A stretch of DNA of 64,000 nt from Pseudomonadota bacterium. GTDB lineage: Bacteria > Pseudomonadota > Alphaproteobacteria > UBA1280 > RI-95. Positions 19,855 through 29,560 of this stretch are shown in pieces. The notes under the pieces were generated by a model. It made no database searches. It worked only from the letters and a program-made list of their open reading frames with translations, and was not told the DNA's origin. How positions within the stretch are numbered: the stretch's first letter is position 1; the number at the start of each line of letters is the position of its first letter. The position numbers and the translations under genes are program-made. Location: contig WGLU01000004.1 in assembly GCA_016125375.1 (NCBI GenBank), positions 10,528-74,527 of the forward strand, in the 5' to 3' direction.

Positions 19855-20922
19855 CTATTTTTTGGTGTTCGGTTGCAGGGGAAGCCCCTTTGCCAGCTTG
19901 TCGTTGATTTCTTTCGCGGTGCGCTCAAGAGCTACATAGCGTGCTGCCGTTGGCGGGTGGGTGGTCGTCATGGTGATGGCCTCTTTGCTCATGGCACCCA
20001 TGCGCCGCCAGATCAGATAGCCCTTGTTATAGTCGTAACCGGCCAGTGCGGTGGCATACATACCCATGTAGTCGGCCTCGCTCTCGAAGTCGGGGGAAAA
20101 CACCTGTGAGCCGATTTGTTGGCCCATGTTGCTAAAAGCATTCCCGGTGCCCAGCGCCGCATCCAGCAAAAGGCCGCCCAGGCCGCCAATCAGGATATTC
20201 CCCTGCTGCTTTTGCACGTGCCCCAAAATGTTGTGGGAGAGTTCGTGGCCGATGACCAGTGCCAGTTCATCATCGGTCTTTGCAAGGTCAACAATACCCT
20301 GATTGATAACGATGTTTTGGCCGTCGGCGTGGGCGTTGACCACGCTGTCCGGCGAAACGGAGAAGCCGTAATTGCAGGTAGGGGCGGGGTGGATTGTAGC
20401 CGTCAGCTGTCTGTCGCCGCGTTGGATGACAAGATCAAGCGGAACAGCAGTTTTGGACTCCTGTAGTTTTTTTACATAGTCCTGCATGTCCTTGATCGCG
20501 GCCTTGCCATTCGCCACGGGGGTGTAGGTTCCCAGTTTGATGATGGCATCGCCTTCTTTAAGGCCGGCCTGATCTGCGGGCGATCCGGCAAAAACAATGT
20601 ACACGACAGGTGTGTCGCCAAGGCCGAACGTCCTGACGGCAGCCTGCCGTTCAAGTTTGTCCGTGATCGAAGGTGCGTTCCAGAAGCTTAATGTGTAGAG
20701 GAAGCGCAGATTGTCGCCGCACAGGGGCGCCGCGCGGGAAAGGATACGCAGGCCGATGCCGTAGACACGGCGTTCGTTGTCGCGTTTTTCCTGTAGGGCG
20801 AAGGCGTACTGGTTAACGGCTTCCGCCTCCATCGCCCCGGTGCTGACGCGCTGGGTCTGGAGTGTGGGGGCACATCCGCCAAGGGTGGCTGCCAACAGGC
20901 ACAGGGCAAACAAACGGCGCAT
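19855..20922 (-). CDS. lipoprotein M48 metallopeptidase with PDZ domain
   Basis: Lipobox LGGC, PDZ-like GSPADQAGLKEGDAIIKLG, HELSHNILGH zinc site. Confidence 0.85.
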   Translation of the reverse strand: MRRLFALCLLAATLGGCAPTLQTQRVSTGAMEAEAVNQYAFALQEKRDNERRVYGIGLRILSRAAPLCGDNLRFLYTLSFWNAPSITDKLERQAAVRTFGLGDTPVVYIVFAGSPADQAGLKEGDAIIKLGTYTPVANGKAAIKDMQDYVKKLQESKTAVPLDLVIQRGDRQLTATIHPAPTCNYGFSVSPDSVVNAHADGQNIVINQGIVDLAKTDDELALVIGHELSHNILGHVQKQQGNILIGGLGGLLLDAALGTGNAFSNMGQQIGSQVFSPDFESEADYMGMYATALAGYDYNKGYLIWRRMGAMSKEAITMTTTHPPTAARYVALERTAKEINDKLAKGLPLQPNTKK

Positions 20923-20932
20923 GGGGAGTTCC

Positions 20933-22552
20933 TCACATCTCGCTATAGTTGGGACCGCTGCCGCCTTCCGGCGTTACCCAGGTGATAATCTGGTAGGGGT
21001 CTTTGATGTCGCAGGTTTTGCAGTGGATGCAGTTGGCGCTGTTGATTTGCAACTTGGGTTTGCCATCCTCTGCCTTGACCATTTCGTACACGCCTGCGGG
21101 GCAGAACTTGGTGCAGGGGTTGCCGTATTCCTCGGCACATTTTGTCACGCATACGTCGGTATCGGCCACGTGCAGGTGTACGGGCTGATGTTCGTTGTGC
21201 GCTGTGGAGGTGAGCGATACACCCGTCAGGCGGTCAATGGTATGACTATCTTTGGTATAGGTGACGGGGGCTGACGCGTTTGCGCGTTTTTCCAGCGCCT
21301 CATGGTCGGCGTGTTTGTAATGCAGCGTCCACGGGGTTTTGCCGCCGAGCAGCGTTTCCATACCGGCATTGATAAGGCCGAACAGGCGCCCTTTCTGGAA
21401 CCCGGGGCGGATGTTGCGCACGGCATGCAGCTCCTGTCCCAGCCAGCTTTGCTGCACAAAATCTGGGAATGTTTCCAGCGGGCTTTGCAGGCCGATGTGT
21501 GCGTGTGCGCATTCGGCAGCCAGCATGGCACTCTTCATCGCTGTGTGGATGCCCTTGATTTTGGGAACGTTCAAAAAGCCTGCCGCATCACCGGTAAACA
21601 AAGCGCCGGGCACGGCCAGTTTGTACTGCCCCTGAATACCACCCTCATACAAGGCACGGCCACCGGCGCTCAGGATTTCGCCGCCGTCGAGCAGCGCCTT
21701 GACGCGCGGGTGGGTTTTGAAGGCCTGCATGACCTCGGTCGGCATCAGCGCGGGGTTTTTATAGTCCAGACCGACCACAAAACCGATGCTCACCTTGTTG
21801 TCCGGCAGGTGATAAATCCAGCCACCGCCGTAGGTGTCACCGTCCAGCGGCCAGCCGATGCTGTGCTCCACGTGGCCGGTTTTATGGTTCTCCGGCTTGA
21901 TGCGCCAGATTTCTTTCAGACCGATGCCATAACTTTGCGGGTCGCGTCCCTTACCCAGACCAAAAACAGGGACCAACGACTTGGTGATGTGACCGCGGCA
22001 GCCTTCGCCGAACATTGTTACTTTCGCACGCAGGTCGGTGCCTGGCATGTAGCCGTTGCCCGGGGTGCCGTCCTTGTTCAGGCCAAAATCACCGCTGCGT
22101 ACACCGACAACGGTGCCGTTCTCGACCAGTGCTTCCTGTGCGGCAAAGCCCGGGAGGACGTCCACACCCAGTGCCTCTGCCTTGCGGCCAAGGTAGCCGC
22201 ACAGTTGGGACAGGGAGATGATGTAATTGTGTTTGTTATGCATCTGCGGCGGGGTTGGCAGGCGGAAGGCGCCTTTGGCCGTGTACCACATAAAGTCGTC
22301 GCCGGTCACACTCTGGTGGACAAAATCCGCGTCCTGACGCCAGTCGGGCAGGAGTTCGTCCAGCGCGCGGGGTTCCAGCACGGCACCCGCAAGGCTGTGG
22401 CCACCGATTTGGGCGGCTTTTTCCATCACAGCGACCGTCAGGTTGCCGTCCAGTTGTTTGAGGCGGATGGCCGCAGAAAGACCTGCCGGCCCGCCGCCGA
22501 CGATGACCACGTCGTACTCGAGGGTCTCGCGCTGTACAGATGTGTTTTCCAT
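20933..22552 (-). CDS. electron-transfer flavoprotein:ubiquinone oxidoreductase
   Basis: YDVVIVGGGPAGLSAA FAD fold and C-terminal 4Fe-4S motif CPAGVYE...NCIHCKTCDIKDP. Confidence 0.95.
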   Translation of the reverse strand: MENTSVQRETLEYDVVIVGGGPAGLSAAIRLKQLDGNLTVAVMEKAAQIGGHSLAGAVLEPRALDELLPDWRQDADFVHQSVTGDDFMWYTAKGAFRLPTPPQMHNKHNYIISLSQLCGYLGRKAEALGVDVLPGFAAQEALVENGTVVGVRSGDFGLNKDGTPGNGYMPGTDLRAKVTMFGEGCRGHITKSLVPVFGLGKGRDPQSYGIGLKEIWRIKPENHKTGHVEHSIGWPLDGDTYGGGWIYHLPDNKVSIGFVVGLDYKNPALMPTEVMQAFKTHPRVKALLDGGEILSAGGRALYEGGIQGQYKLAVPGALFTGDAAGFLNVPKIKGIHTAMKSAMLAAECAHAHIGLQSPLETFPDFVQQSWLGQELHAVRNIRPGFQKGRLFGLINAGMETLLGGKTPWTLHYKHADHEALEKRANASAPVTYTKDSHTIDRLTGVSLTSTAHNEHQPVHLHVADTDVCVTKCAEEYGNPCTKFCPAGVYEMVKAEDGKPKLQINSANCIHCKTCDIKDPYQIITWVTPEGGSGPNYSEM

Positions 22553-22600
22553 GGGCGCTATATTGCGTTGAAAAACAGCCCAGCGTCAAGCGCTTGCACC

Positions 22601-22628
22601 TTGACATGACGGCTCAAAGGGCTTATCT
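22601..22628 (+). promoter_or_regulatory. putative promoter of the 22707..23662 operon
   Basis: TTGACA-N16-TTATCT, the same geometry and -10 as at 24830..24857. Confidence 0.4.
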
Positions 22629-22706
22629 GCTGAACGTAGGTTTTTCCTGCCTATCTGTGCTTCCTTTTCTCTTTTTTCTTCTGTCCAACACCTAGTGAGG
22701 TATCCG

Positions 22707-23180
22707 ATGGACGGTATCCTGAGCGCCCTCATGGGCTTCCTCCTTTCCGAAGCCGGGCTTTACACCATCATCTCCGTGCTCGCTCTCGTGCTCGTTGGCT
22801 GGGCCATCCGCTCGGTCAGCAACGCACTGAAGAACCGCAACGAGAAGAAGCGCAAGGCCCGCATCATCGACGCGCGCCTCGACCCGCTGGTCAAGGCCGT
22901 GACCGATGCCGGTGCCAAGCGCGAGCGCGGCCCGTCGCCCGACCTGACGCCGCTGCGTGATGCCGCTGCCGCTCTGGTGGCGGAGATCGACGCCGTGCGT
23001 ATCGACATCCTCAAGGAAGTCACGGGCGTCAAGCCGGCGGAGCCGGCCAAGCCTGCCGACAAGCCTGCGGAAGAGCCCGCTCCGGCGGCCGAAGCGCCGG
23101 CCGAGCCGCGCAAGCCGCAGGTCTTCCCCGTCGACGCGGACGGCAAGGTCGTCACCGACGAAACGGAAAAGACCGACTGA
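22707..23180 (+). CDS. hypothetical membrane-anchored protein with Pro/Ala/Glu-rich linker
   Basis: ATG with GAGG SD; N-terminal hydrophobic segment, basic patch KNRNEKKRKAR, then KPAEPAKPADKPAEEPAPAAEAPAEP; C/G-ending codons. Confidence 0.65.
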   Translation: MDGILSALMGFLLSEAGLYTIISVLALVLVGWAIRSVSNALKNRNEKKRKARIIDARLDPLVKAVTDAGAKRERGPSPDLTPLRDAAAALVAEIDAVRIDILKEVTGVKPAEPAKPADKPAEEPAPAAEAPAEPRKPQVFPVDADGKVVTDETEKTD

Positions 23181-23662
23181 TGGAACGCATCAGCTGGAAA
23201 AGCTGGGTCATGCCGATGTCGGCGGTCGAGCTGGCGTATGCGGTGACAACGCTGCATGACGCCATGGCCGCCGATTTCGGCAAGCCGATGAAGGTCGTGA
23301 TCCAGTGCTATAGCGGCTTGCCGTACACCTCCAATTTTCTGCACGATGACGGTGTGGAAGAGTGGATGGCGAGCGAGAACGCCAAGCGCGTCTTCGCGAC
23401 CTTCTCAAGTCCGGCCGATCCCGGCTACAAGGAGGCCTTCGACAAGGCGGTCTACGTGCGTGCGGTGGTGTCCCCCGTCGAAACCGGGGAGCGCGACACC
23501 ACGTTCGGCAGCATCGACGCCAAAGGCAACGCACCGCGTGTGCTGGCCTTCTACGTGCAAGGCAACTGCGACGATGTGGCCTGCGAAGCCGTCATCACCA
23601 AAGTGCGTGCTGCCCGCCATGTGGGCATGCGCCTCGGTGACGGTTACGAGGACCATACCTGA
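23180..23662 (+). CDS. hypothetical protein (160 aa)
   Basis: TGATG stop/start overlap with the upstream ORF indicates translational coupling; followed by a strong terminator. Confidence 0.65.
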   Translation: MERISWKSWVMPMSAVELAYAVTTLHDAMAADFGKPMKVVIQCYSGLPYTSNFLHDDGVEEWMASENAKRVFATFSSPADPGYKEAFDKAVYVRAVVSPVETGERDTTFGSIDAKGNAPRVLAFYVQGNCDDVACEAVITKVRAARHVGMRLGDGYEDHT

Positions 23663-23673
23663 ACAAGCGACGA

Positions 23674-23706
23674 ACGCCCCTCCCATGTGGAGGGGCGTTT
23701 TTTTGT
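23674..23706 (+). terminator. intrinsic terminator
   Basis: 10-bp stem acgcccctcc/ggaggggcgt followed by ttttttt. Confidence 0.85.
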
Positions 23707-23778
23707 TTGCTTGCATTTGTGCCGCTTATCCCCATAATACGGCCAGATTTTTTACAGATTTGTGGAAGAGGGAAGAGG

Positions 23779-24783
23779 ATGAAAAAACGGATTCGGGTAG
23801 CGCTGGCAGGTGCAACAGGACTGGTGGGGCGCGAAATTGTCCGCGTGCTGGAAGAGTCGGAAGTGATTGATGCCGTGCCCGTTTTCCTGGCCTCCAAGGA
23901 CAGTGAGGGCGAAGAAGTCCCTTACAAAGGGCTGGAAGCAACCGTTATGCCGTTGGACGGATATGACTTCAAGGGGGTCGATGTTGCCATTTTTGCGGTT
24001 CCCGCCGCTGTAGCTGCCAAATATGTGCCTGTCGCCCGCGATGCCGGTGTCATGGTGCTCGACGCCTCCGGCCGTCAGGACAAGGACACACAGGTCGGTG
24101 CCCTGGGCAGTGATTTGAAAAAAGCCCGTGTTGTTGCATGTCCGCACCCTGCTGCGCTGGCCTTGGCATCGGCCTTGTCGGCCATTCAGGCCCAAGCCAA
24201 GATTCAACGTGTTGTAACCACCGTCATGCAGCCCACCAGCGGAGCTGGCAAACTGGCGATGGACGAGCTGTACCGCCAGTCCGTTTCCCTTCTGGGCGGT
24301 GCCGGCGCCGGTGCTGTGGATAACGAACACTTCCCCATGCAGGTGGCTTTCAACATCCTGCCCCAGGTTGGTGAGTTCGAGAAAAATGGCCAGACGACGG
24401 CCGAGAACCGGATTGCCCGCGATTTCCAGAGTCTGATGGGTGCGGCCGTACCTGTGAGCGTCAGCTGCGTTTACGTGCCGACCTTCGTTGGGGTTAGCCA
24501 GTCGGTCAACATTACGCTGGATAAGCCGCTGGCGGCTGATGAAGTGCGTAATATGCTGGAGGCAAGCGACACTCTGGTTGTGATTGACGACCCTGAAAGC
24601 GGGGAGTATTCCACCCCCTTTGGCGCTGCGGAAATGGGTGCGGTTTACGTATCCCGTGTACGGGCGGATGCCAGCACACCTAACAGCCTGAATCTGTGGA
24701 TTGTGGCCGACAACCTGCGTGCGGGTGTGGCCGAGAATATGGTCCGCATGGTCGAGCAGGTGGCTGTAGGCACAGCTGCCTAA
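23779..24783 (+). CDS. aspartate-semialdehyde dehydrogenase family protein (Asd/USG-1-like)
   Basis: MKKRIRVALAGATGLVGRE NAD-binding start with GGAAGAGG SD; semialdehyde dehydrogenase-like core. Confidence 0.8.
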   Translation: MKKRIRVALAGATGLVGREIVRVLEESEVIDAVPVFLASKDSEGEEVPYKGLEATVMPLDGYDFKGVDVAIFAVPAAVAAKYVPVARDAGVMVLDASGRQDKDTQVGALGSDLKKARVVACPHPAALALASALSAIQAQAKIQRVVTTVMQPTSGAGKLAMDELYRQSVSLLGGAGAGAVDNEHFPMQVAFNILPQVGEFEKNGQTTAENRIARDFQSLMGAAVPVSVSCVYVPTFVGVSQSVNITLDKPLAADEVRNMLEASDTLVVIDDPESGEYSTPFGAAEMGAVYVSRVRADASTPNSLNLWIVADNLRAGVAENMVRMVEQVAVGTAA

Positions 24784-24802
24784 GCAGGCCGGGTATATTC
24801 TT

Positions 24803-24828
24803 AAAGGCGGGTTTATCCCGCCTTTTTG
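24803..24828 (+). terminator. intrinsic terminator
   Basis: stem aaaggcggg/cccgccttt with T-run. Confidence 0.75.
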
Positions 24829-24829
24829 C

Positions 24830-24857
24830 TTGAAAAACAACATGTGAGCCCTTATCT
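24830..24857 (+). promoter_or_regulatory. putative promoter of the 24952..25299 gene
   Basis: TTGAAA-N16-TTATCT. Confidence 0.4.
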
Positions 24858-24951
24858 AACCGGAATACTTCACCATTATCTTTTCCTCTATTGTTTTCTC
24901 CCTTTCGCCGCGCATTAGCGCAAAAGTCACACGAGACCAACGGAGAATCCC

Positions 24952-25299
24952 ATGTCTCGCATTCGTACCCTCGCTCTCGCTGCCGTCGCTTCGCTTGCCG
25001 TGCTCAGCGGTTCCGGCTCCGTCCAGGCCCAACAGACCCCGGACGATATCGGCCGCGCCATCACCGAGCTCGCCCGCATCCTGAACGGCGTTCAGCAGGG
25101 CCTGACCAACGACAATCAGGCCTGCAATCTGGCTCTGGTCCGCATCGACCAGAATCTGACGGCTGCCGAAGGTGCCTGGTCGCGCGACACGCTCATCAAG
25201 CGTGAGGCCGCCGCCCAGAACTGGATCGCCGTCTACGGCCAGTACAACTGCAATCCGGGGCCGCTGCTGCGGTTGCTGGAAGTGCATGAGGGCAAGTAA
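24952..25299 (+). CDS. small secreted hypothetical protein (115 aa)
   Basis: Signal peptide MSRIRTLALAAVASLAVLSGSGSVQA; GGAG SD; two Cys; C/G-ending codons. Confidence 0.65.
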   Translation: MSRIRTLALAAVASLAVLSGSGSVQAQQTPDDIGRAITELARILNGVQQGLTNDNQACNLALVRIDQNLTAAEGAWSRDTLIKREAAAQNWIAVYGQYNCNPGPLLRLLEVHEGK

Positions 25300-25312
25300 C
25301 CTCCCCATCGAA

Positions 25313-25342
25313 GACCCGTCTGCATCAGCAGGCGGGTTTTTG
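25313..25342 (+). terminator. intrinsic terminator
   Basis: stem cccgtctgc/gcaggcggg (one G-U pair), loop atca, then ttttt. Confidence 0.7.
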
Positions 25343-25363
25343 CGTTTTGCAGGATTTACGCGT

Positions 25364-26035
25364 ATGCTCTGGGGTATGAAAAAACATCCGCCTGCCCATC
25401 CGTTTGCCGTTTTGTTGTACGCACTGCTGGCTGCCTGTGCACTGGCCTGTCTGCCGCCCGTGCCGCGGAGCGCAGCCCTTGCAGGCGTGCTTCTGGTATG
25501 GGGTGTTTTTGCCGGGTGGCGCGTACCGTTCAAGTTCCTGTGGCGCACCTGCTGGATGGCGATTGGTTTTGTACTGCTGTACGGCTACATGTACGGCGGC
25601 GTCAGGCTTGGGCAACAGCCTTGGGCGCCGACGTATGAAGGCGTGGTTGCCGGCTGGCACATGTATGCGCTGCTGGCCGTGCTGGCGGCGAACAGTATTT
25701 TCCTGCTCAGCCGGACAGAGGTGCATCTCCTGCTTGCCCAATCGGCTCATATTCCGGTGTTGCGACAGTTGATGGCACTGGTCGGGATGACGTTGGTCTG
25801 GGTGACGCATCTCCCCCATCTGTACCGGACGGTGAAAGGCAGTTCACCGTTGGAACGTGCCCGGGCAATGGTCTGGCATGCCCTGTGGGATGAAGAAGAT
25901 AAAATACGTCTTCTCCTTCCCCGTACAACGTCGGGCGGCACGCCGGATAAGCGGCAGACATGGCTCTGGGCATTGTGGCCAACCTTGCTTTGGTTGTTTG
26001 TTATGCTGTTTCGGTTGACACCGGCCGGAGAGTAG
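25364..26035 (+). CDS. polytopic membrane protein of unknown function
   Basis: Internal ATG downstream of the terminator; at least 5 hydrophobic segments; backbone-like codon usage. A CbiQ/EcfT-like fold is only a guess. Confidence 0.55.
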   Translation: MLWGMKKHPPAHPFAVLLYALLAACALACLPPVPRSAALAGVLLVWGVFAGWRVPFKFLWRTCWMAIGFVLLYGYMYGGVRLGQQPWAPTYEGVVAGWHMYALLAVLAANSIFLLSRTEVHLLLAQSAHIPVLRQLMALVGMTLVWVTHLPHLYRTVKGSSPLERARAMVWHALWDEEDKIRLLLPRTTSGGTPDKRQTWLWALWPTLLWLFVMLFRLTPAGE

Positions 26036-26043
26036 CCTAAAAG
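26015..26043 (+). promoter_or_regulatory. putative promoter of deoC
   Basis: TTGACA-N17-TAAAAG, overlapping the 3' end of the preceding gene. Confidence 0.3.
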
Positions 26044-26105
26044 TGTATACAATTTTTCCTTACCGTGACTTTTCCGCGTATTCATTCAAATGAGGGGAGT
26101 CCCCA

Positions 26106-26891
26106 ATGACCTACGATAAGTTGATTCTCAAGTGCCGTGCCGAACTGGCTGCCGTGCTGGGTAACCGTGCGCCTCTGGCGGCGGATGCGCCCTTCGGCAC
26201 CAATGCCCTGCCGAAAGGCTTTTCGGGCAATCTGCTCGCCTATCTGGACCTGACCAACCTCAAGCCGCAGGCCACCAAGGCGGATATCACCGCCCTGTGT
26301 GCCAAGGCCAAGGCCGATGGCGTTGCCGCTGTATGCGTCAACCCGATGTGGGTCAGCCTGGCGGCGGAGCTGCTGGCCGGAACGGCCGTCAAGCCGATCT
26401 GCGTGGTCGGGTTCCCGCTGGGTGCCACCCTGCCGGAAGCTGTGGCCGCCGAAACCGAAGCCGCCCTCAAGCACGGCGCGCTGGAAGTCGACATGGTCCT
26501 GCCTGTCGGCCTGGTGAAGGAAGGACGTTTCACCGAGGCACTGACCTACATTCAGGCCGTCGTCAAGGCGGCGGACGGTGTGCCGGTGAAGGTGATTCTG
26601 GAAGCCTGCAAACTGACCGATGAAGAGGTGGTTTTCGGCTGCCTGCTGTCGCAGATTGCTGGCGCCGCTTTCGTCAAGACCAGCACCGGCTTCTCCATGG
26701 ACAAGCTGGACGGCCAGCCCCATACGGGCGCGACGGTGGAACGCATCACCCTGATGCGCCGCACCGTGGGCGATACGCTGGGCGTCAAGGCCTCCGGCGG
26801 TATCAAAACCGCGGACGATGCCAAGGCCCTGCTTGCCGCTGGTGCCGACCGTCTGGGCGCGTCGGGTCTTAACACCTCCGGCGCCTACTGA
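26106..26891 (+). CDS. deoC: deoxyribose-phosphate aldolase
   Basis: AAVCVNP, FVKTSTGF (Schiff-base Lys) and VKASGGIKT motifs; C/G-ending codons. Confidence 0.88.
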   Translation: MTYDKLILKCRAELAAVLGNRAPLAADAPFGTNALPKGFSGNLLAYLDLTNLKPQATKADITALCAKAKADGVAAVCVNPMWVSLAAELLAGTAVKPICVVGFPLGATLPEAVAAETEAALKHGALEVDMVLPVGLVKEGRFTEALTYIQAVVKAADGVPVKVILEACKLTDEEVVFGCLLSQIAGAAFVKTSTGFSMDKLDGQPHTGATVERITLMRRTVGDTLGVKASGGIKTADDAKALLAAGADRLGASGLNTSGAY

Positions 26892-26904
26892 CCGAACGAA
26901 ACCG

Positions 26905-26937
26905 TAAAACGGGGCACGTATGTGCCCCGTTTTTTTG
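26905..26937 (+). terminator. intrinsic terminator
   Basis: stem acggggcac/gtgccccgt, loop gtat, then ttttttt. Confidence 0.85.
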
Positions 26938-27026
26938 CTTATCCGCTTGGCCAGTGTGGGCTTTTTGGCCTATACTGCCGGACAGATATATCGGTCAAAA
27001 TAAAATCAACTTCCGGGAAGAGTAAA

Positions 27027-28733
27027 ATGCAACGTCACGACATTCTGATTATCGGTGCTGGTCTCGCAGGCATGCGTGCCGCGTTTGAAGGGATTACAGC
27101 AGGGCTGGATACTGCCGTCGTGACGAAGGTGCACCCGCTGCGTTCGCACTCCTGCGCGGCGCAGGGCGGCGTCAACGCTGCCATTAACCCTAAAGATAAC
27201 TGGGAAGATCACGCCTACGACACCGTTAAAGGTGCGGACTACATTGGCGATGAAGACTCCATCGACATTATGTGCCGCGAAGCGCCTCAGGCCGTGCTCG
27301 ACCTCGACGCTATGGGTTGCCCCTTCTCCCGCGAGGAAGACGGCACCATCGCCCAGCGTCCTTTTGGCGGCGCCAACTTCCCGCGCACTGCTTACGCTGC
27401 TGACCGTACCGGCCACGCCATGCTGCACACCCTATGGGAGCAGGCCGTTAAGCTGGGCACCACCATTTATCAGGAATACCACCTGCTCAAGGTGCTCAAG
27501 GATCCCGAAACCGGCCGCTGCGCTGGCGCTATGGTGATGGAAATCGCCACCGGTAAGGTCGAGACGATTGTTGCCAAAGCCGTGCTGATTGCCACTGGCG
27601 GTTATGGCCGTGTGTACGCCTCCAACACCAACGCCATGATTAACACCGGCGACGGTGTGGCGCTGGCCATGCGCGCTGGCGCCCATGCTGCCGATCTGGA
27701 GTTTGTGCAATTCCACCCGACTGGCCTCAAGAGCTCCGGCCTGCTGATTTCCGAGGGTGTGCGCGGTGAAGGTGCGTACCTGATTGGTAAGGACGGTCAG
27801 CGGTTTATGCAAAAATACGCGCCCAACAAGCTGGAACTGGCCAGCCGCGACGTGGTTTCCCGCGCCGAAACACTGGAAATCATGAACGGTAATGGCGTGG
27901 ACGGCGCTATCTTCCTCGACGTGCGTCACTTGGGGCGTGACCTGATTCTGGAACGTCTGCCGCAAATCCGCCAACTGGCGATTGATTTTGAGGGCGTTGA
28001 CCCCATTCACGAACCGATTCCTGTCCGTCCGACCTGCCACTACACCATGGGCGGCATCCGCACCAATACACTGGGTATGAGCGACAGTCTGCCCGGCCTG
28101 TTTGCCGCAGGCGAAGCTGCTTGCGTATCCGTACACGGGGCTAACCGTCTGGGTGCCAACTCCCTGCTCGAAACCATTGTGTTCGGCAAGGTAACCGGTA
28201 AGGAAATGGTGCGCTTTGTGAATAACGAAGGCAACAGAATGCCTAAAACATCCACAGACGAGGTGGCCGATGCCCAGCGCATGGTCGCCGACCTGAAAGC
28301 CCGCACCAAGCAAGGCGGTGTGCGCCCGGCCGACCTGCGTAAAAAGCTGACCGAGGGCATGCAGCATTTTGTGGGCGTGTTCCGGACTGAAGACCACCTG
28401 AAAGAAGGTCTGAAAGTCGTCCGCGAAGTCCGTAAAGACTTTGACCGCGTGTACATCGATGACAAATCCGACGCCTTTAACACCGACCTGCTGACTACGC
28501 TGGAGTTGCGAAACCTGATTGATATGGCCGAAGGCACCGTGTTGTGCGCGATTGAGCGGAAAGAATCCCGCGGCGCCCACGCCCGTGAGGATTTCCCCAC
28601 CCGTGACGACGCCAACTGGCGCAAGCACTCGCTTGCCGTGTGGAACCACAACCGCGGTGGCATAGAGGTTGATTACGAGGCTGTCCGTACCACAGGCAAC
28701 GCCCGTTACAAACCTGTAGAACGTAAGTACTAG
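27027..28733 (+). CDS. sdhA: succinate dehydrogenase/fumarate reductase flavoprotein subunit
   Basis: [30 protein letters not shown] (FAD-linking His), HPTG and HYTMGGI motifs; no Tat signal. Confidence 0.93.
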   Translation: MQRHDILIIGAGLAGMRAAFEGITAGLDTAVVTKVHPLRSHSCAAQGGVNAAINPKDNWEDHAYDTVKGADYIGDEDSIDIMCREAPQAVLDLDAMGCPFSREEDGTIAQRPFGGANFPRTAYAADRTGHAMLHTLWEQAVKLGTTIYQEYHLLKVLKDPETGRCAGAMVMEIATGKVETIVAKAVLIATGGYGRVYASNTNAMINTGDGVALAMRAGAHAADLEFVQFHPTGLKSSGLLISEGVRGEGAYLIGKDGQRFMQKYAPNKLELASRDVVSRAETLEIMNGNGVDGAIFLDVRHLGRDLILERLPQIRQLAIDFEGVDPIHEPIPVRPTCHYTMGGIRTNTLGMSDSLPGLFAAGEAACVSVHGANRLGANSLLETIVFGKVTGKEMVRFVNNEGNRMPKTSTDEVADAQRMVADLKARTKQGGVRPADLRKKLTEGMQHFVGVFRTEDHLKEGLKVVREVRKDFDRVYIDDKSDAFNTDLLTTLELRNLIDMAEGTVLCAIERKESRGAHAREDFPTRDDANWRKHSLAVWNHNRGGIEVDYEAVRTTGNARYKPVERKY

Positions 28734-28747
28734 GCAGGAAGACGCGG

Positions 28748-29470
28748 GTGCTGCTGCCCCTGCACGACCTTAATCCCACCGCCCGTCCGGCGCTTGTGAC
28801 GGGCGGTATTATTGCGGCCTGCTTTGCTGTTTTTTTGTGGCAGTTGCAAGTGGGGCTGGATGTGTCGGTCATCGTTGGCGGTATGGTGCCGGATGTCCTG
28901 GCTGGAATGAACGGCTACGACCTGATGCGGATTCTGCCCGATGTCTGGGGCAAAGTTGACCCGTCAGAGAACTGGGGCTGGTTTACGGTCCTGAGCCACA
29001 TGTTCATGCATGGCGGCTGGATGCATATCATTTTTAATATGTATTTCCTGTGGCTGTTTGGGGACAATGTGGAAGACGCGCTGGGCCGCGGGCGTTATCT
29101 GCTTTTTTACCTGCTGTGCGGCCTGTCGGCGGCAATCATGTACGCCATCATCGATGGTGGTGCGGTGCCGATGGTAGGGGCCAGTGGTGCTATTTCCGGT
29201 GTGATGGGCGCCTATGTGGCGCGATTCCCCCATGCACAGGTGCGCACCCTGCTGCTGATGGGCATTTTTACGCGGATTATTCTGTTGCCCGCGTGGCTGC
29301 TGATTGCGTTCTGGTTCGGACGTGACGTCCTGAGCTGGTTGCTGATACAACAGGCTGGCGGTGGTGGAGGCGGTGTTGCACATATGGCCCACATCGGCGG
29401 ATTTGCCGCAGGATGGATTTTGATGAAGAGCAATGTTTTACAGTCCAGACACGCAGGCCCATGGGGTTGA
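28748..29470 (+). CDS. rhomboid-family intramembrane serine protease
   Basis: GTG start; HMFMHGGWMHIIFNM, GASGAISGVMGAY (catalytic Ser) and HIGGFAAG (catalytic His). Confidence 0.87.
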   Translation: MLLPLHDLNPTARPALVTGGIIAACFAVFLWQLQVGLDVSVIVGGMVPDVLAGMNGYDLMRILPDVWGKVDPSENWGWFTVLSHMFMHGGWMHIIFNMYFLWLFGDNVEDALGRGRYLLFYLLCGLSAAIMYAIIDGGAVPMVGASGAISGVMGAYVARFPHAQVRTLLLMGIFTRIILLPAWLLIAFWFGRDVLSWLLIQQAGGGGGGVAHMAHIGGFAAGWILMKSNVLQSRHAGPWG

Positions 29471-29560
29471 GCGTCTTGGATTTCTTGATGAAATAGGCTA
29501 GACTTTGATGTCCCTTCAAAGTTTGCACGGAACAAACGATAAAACAGGCGGATAGAACCG

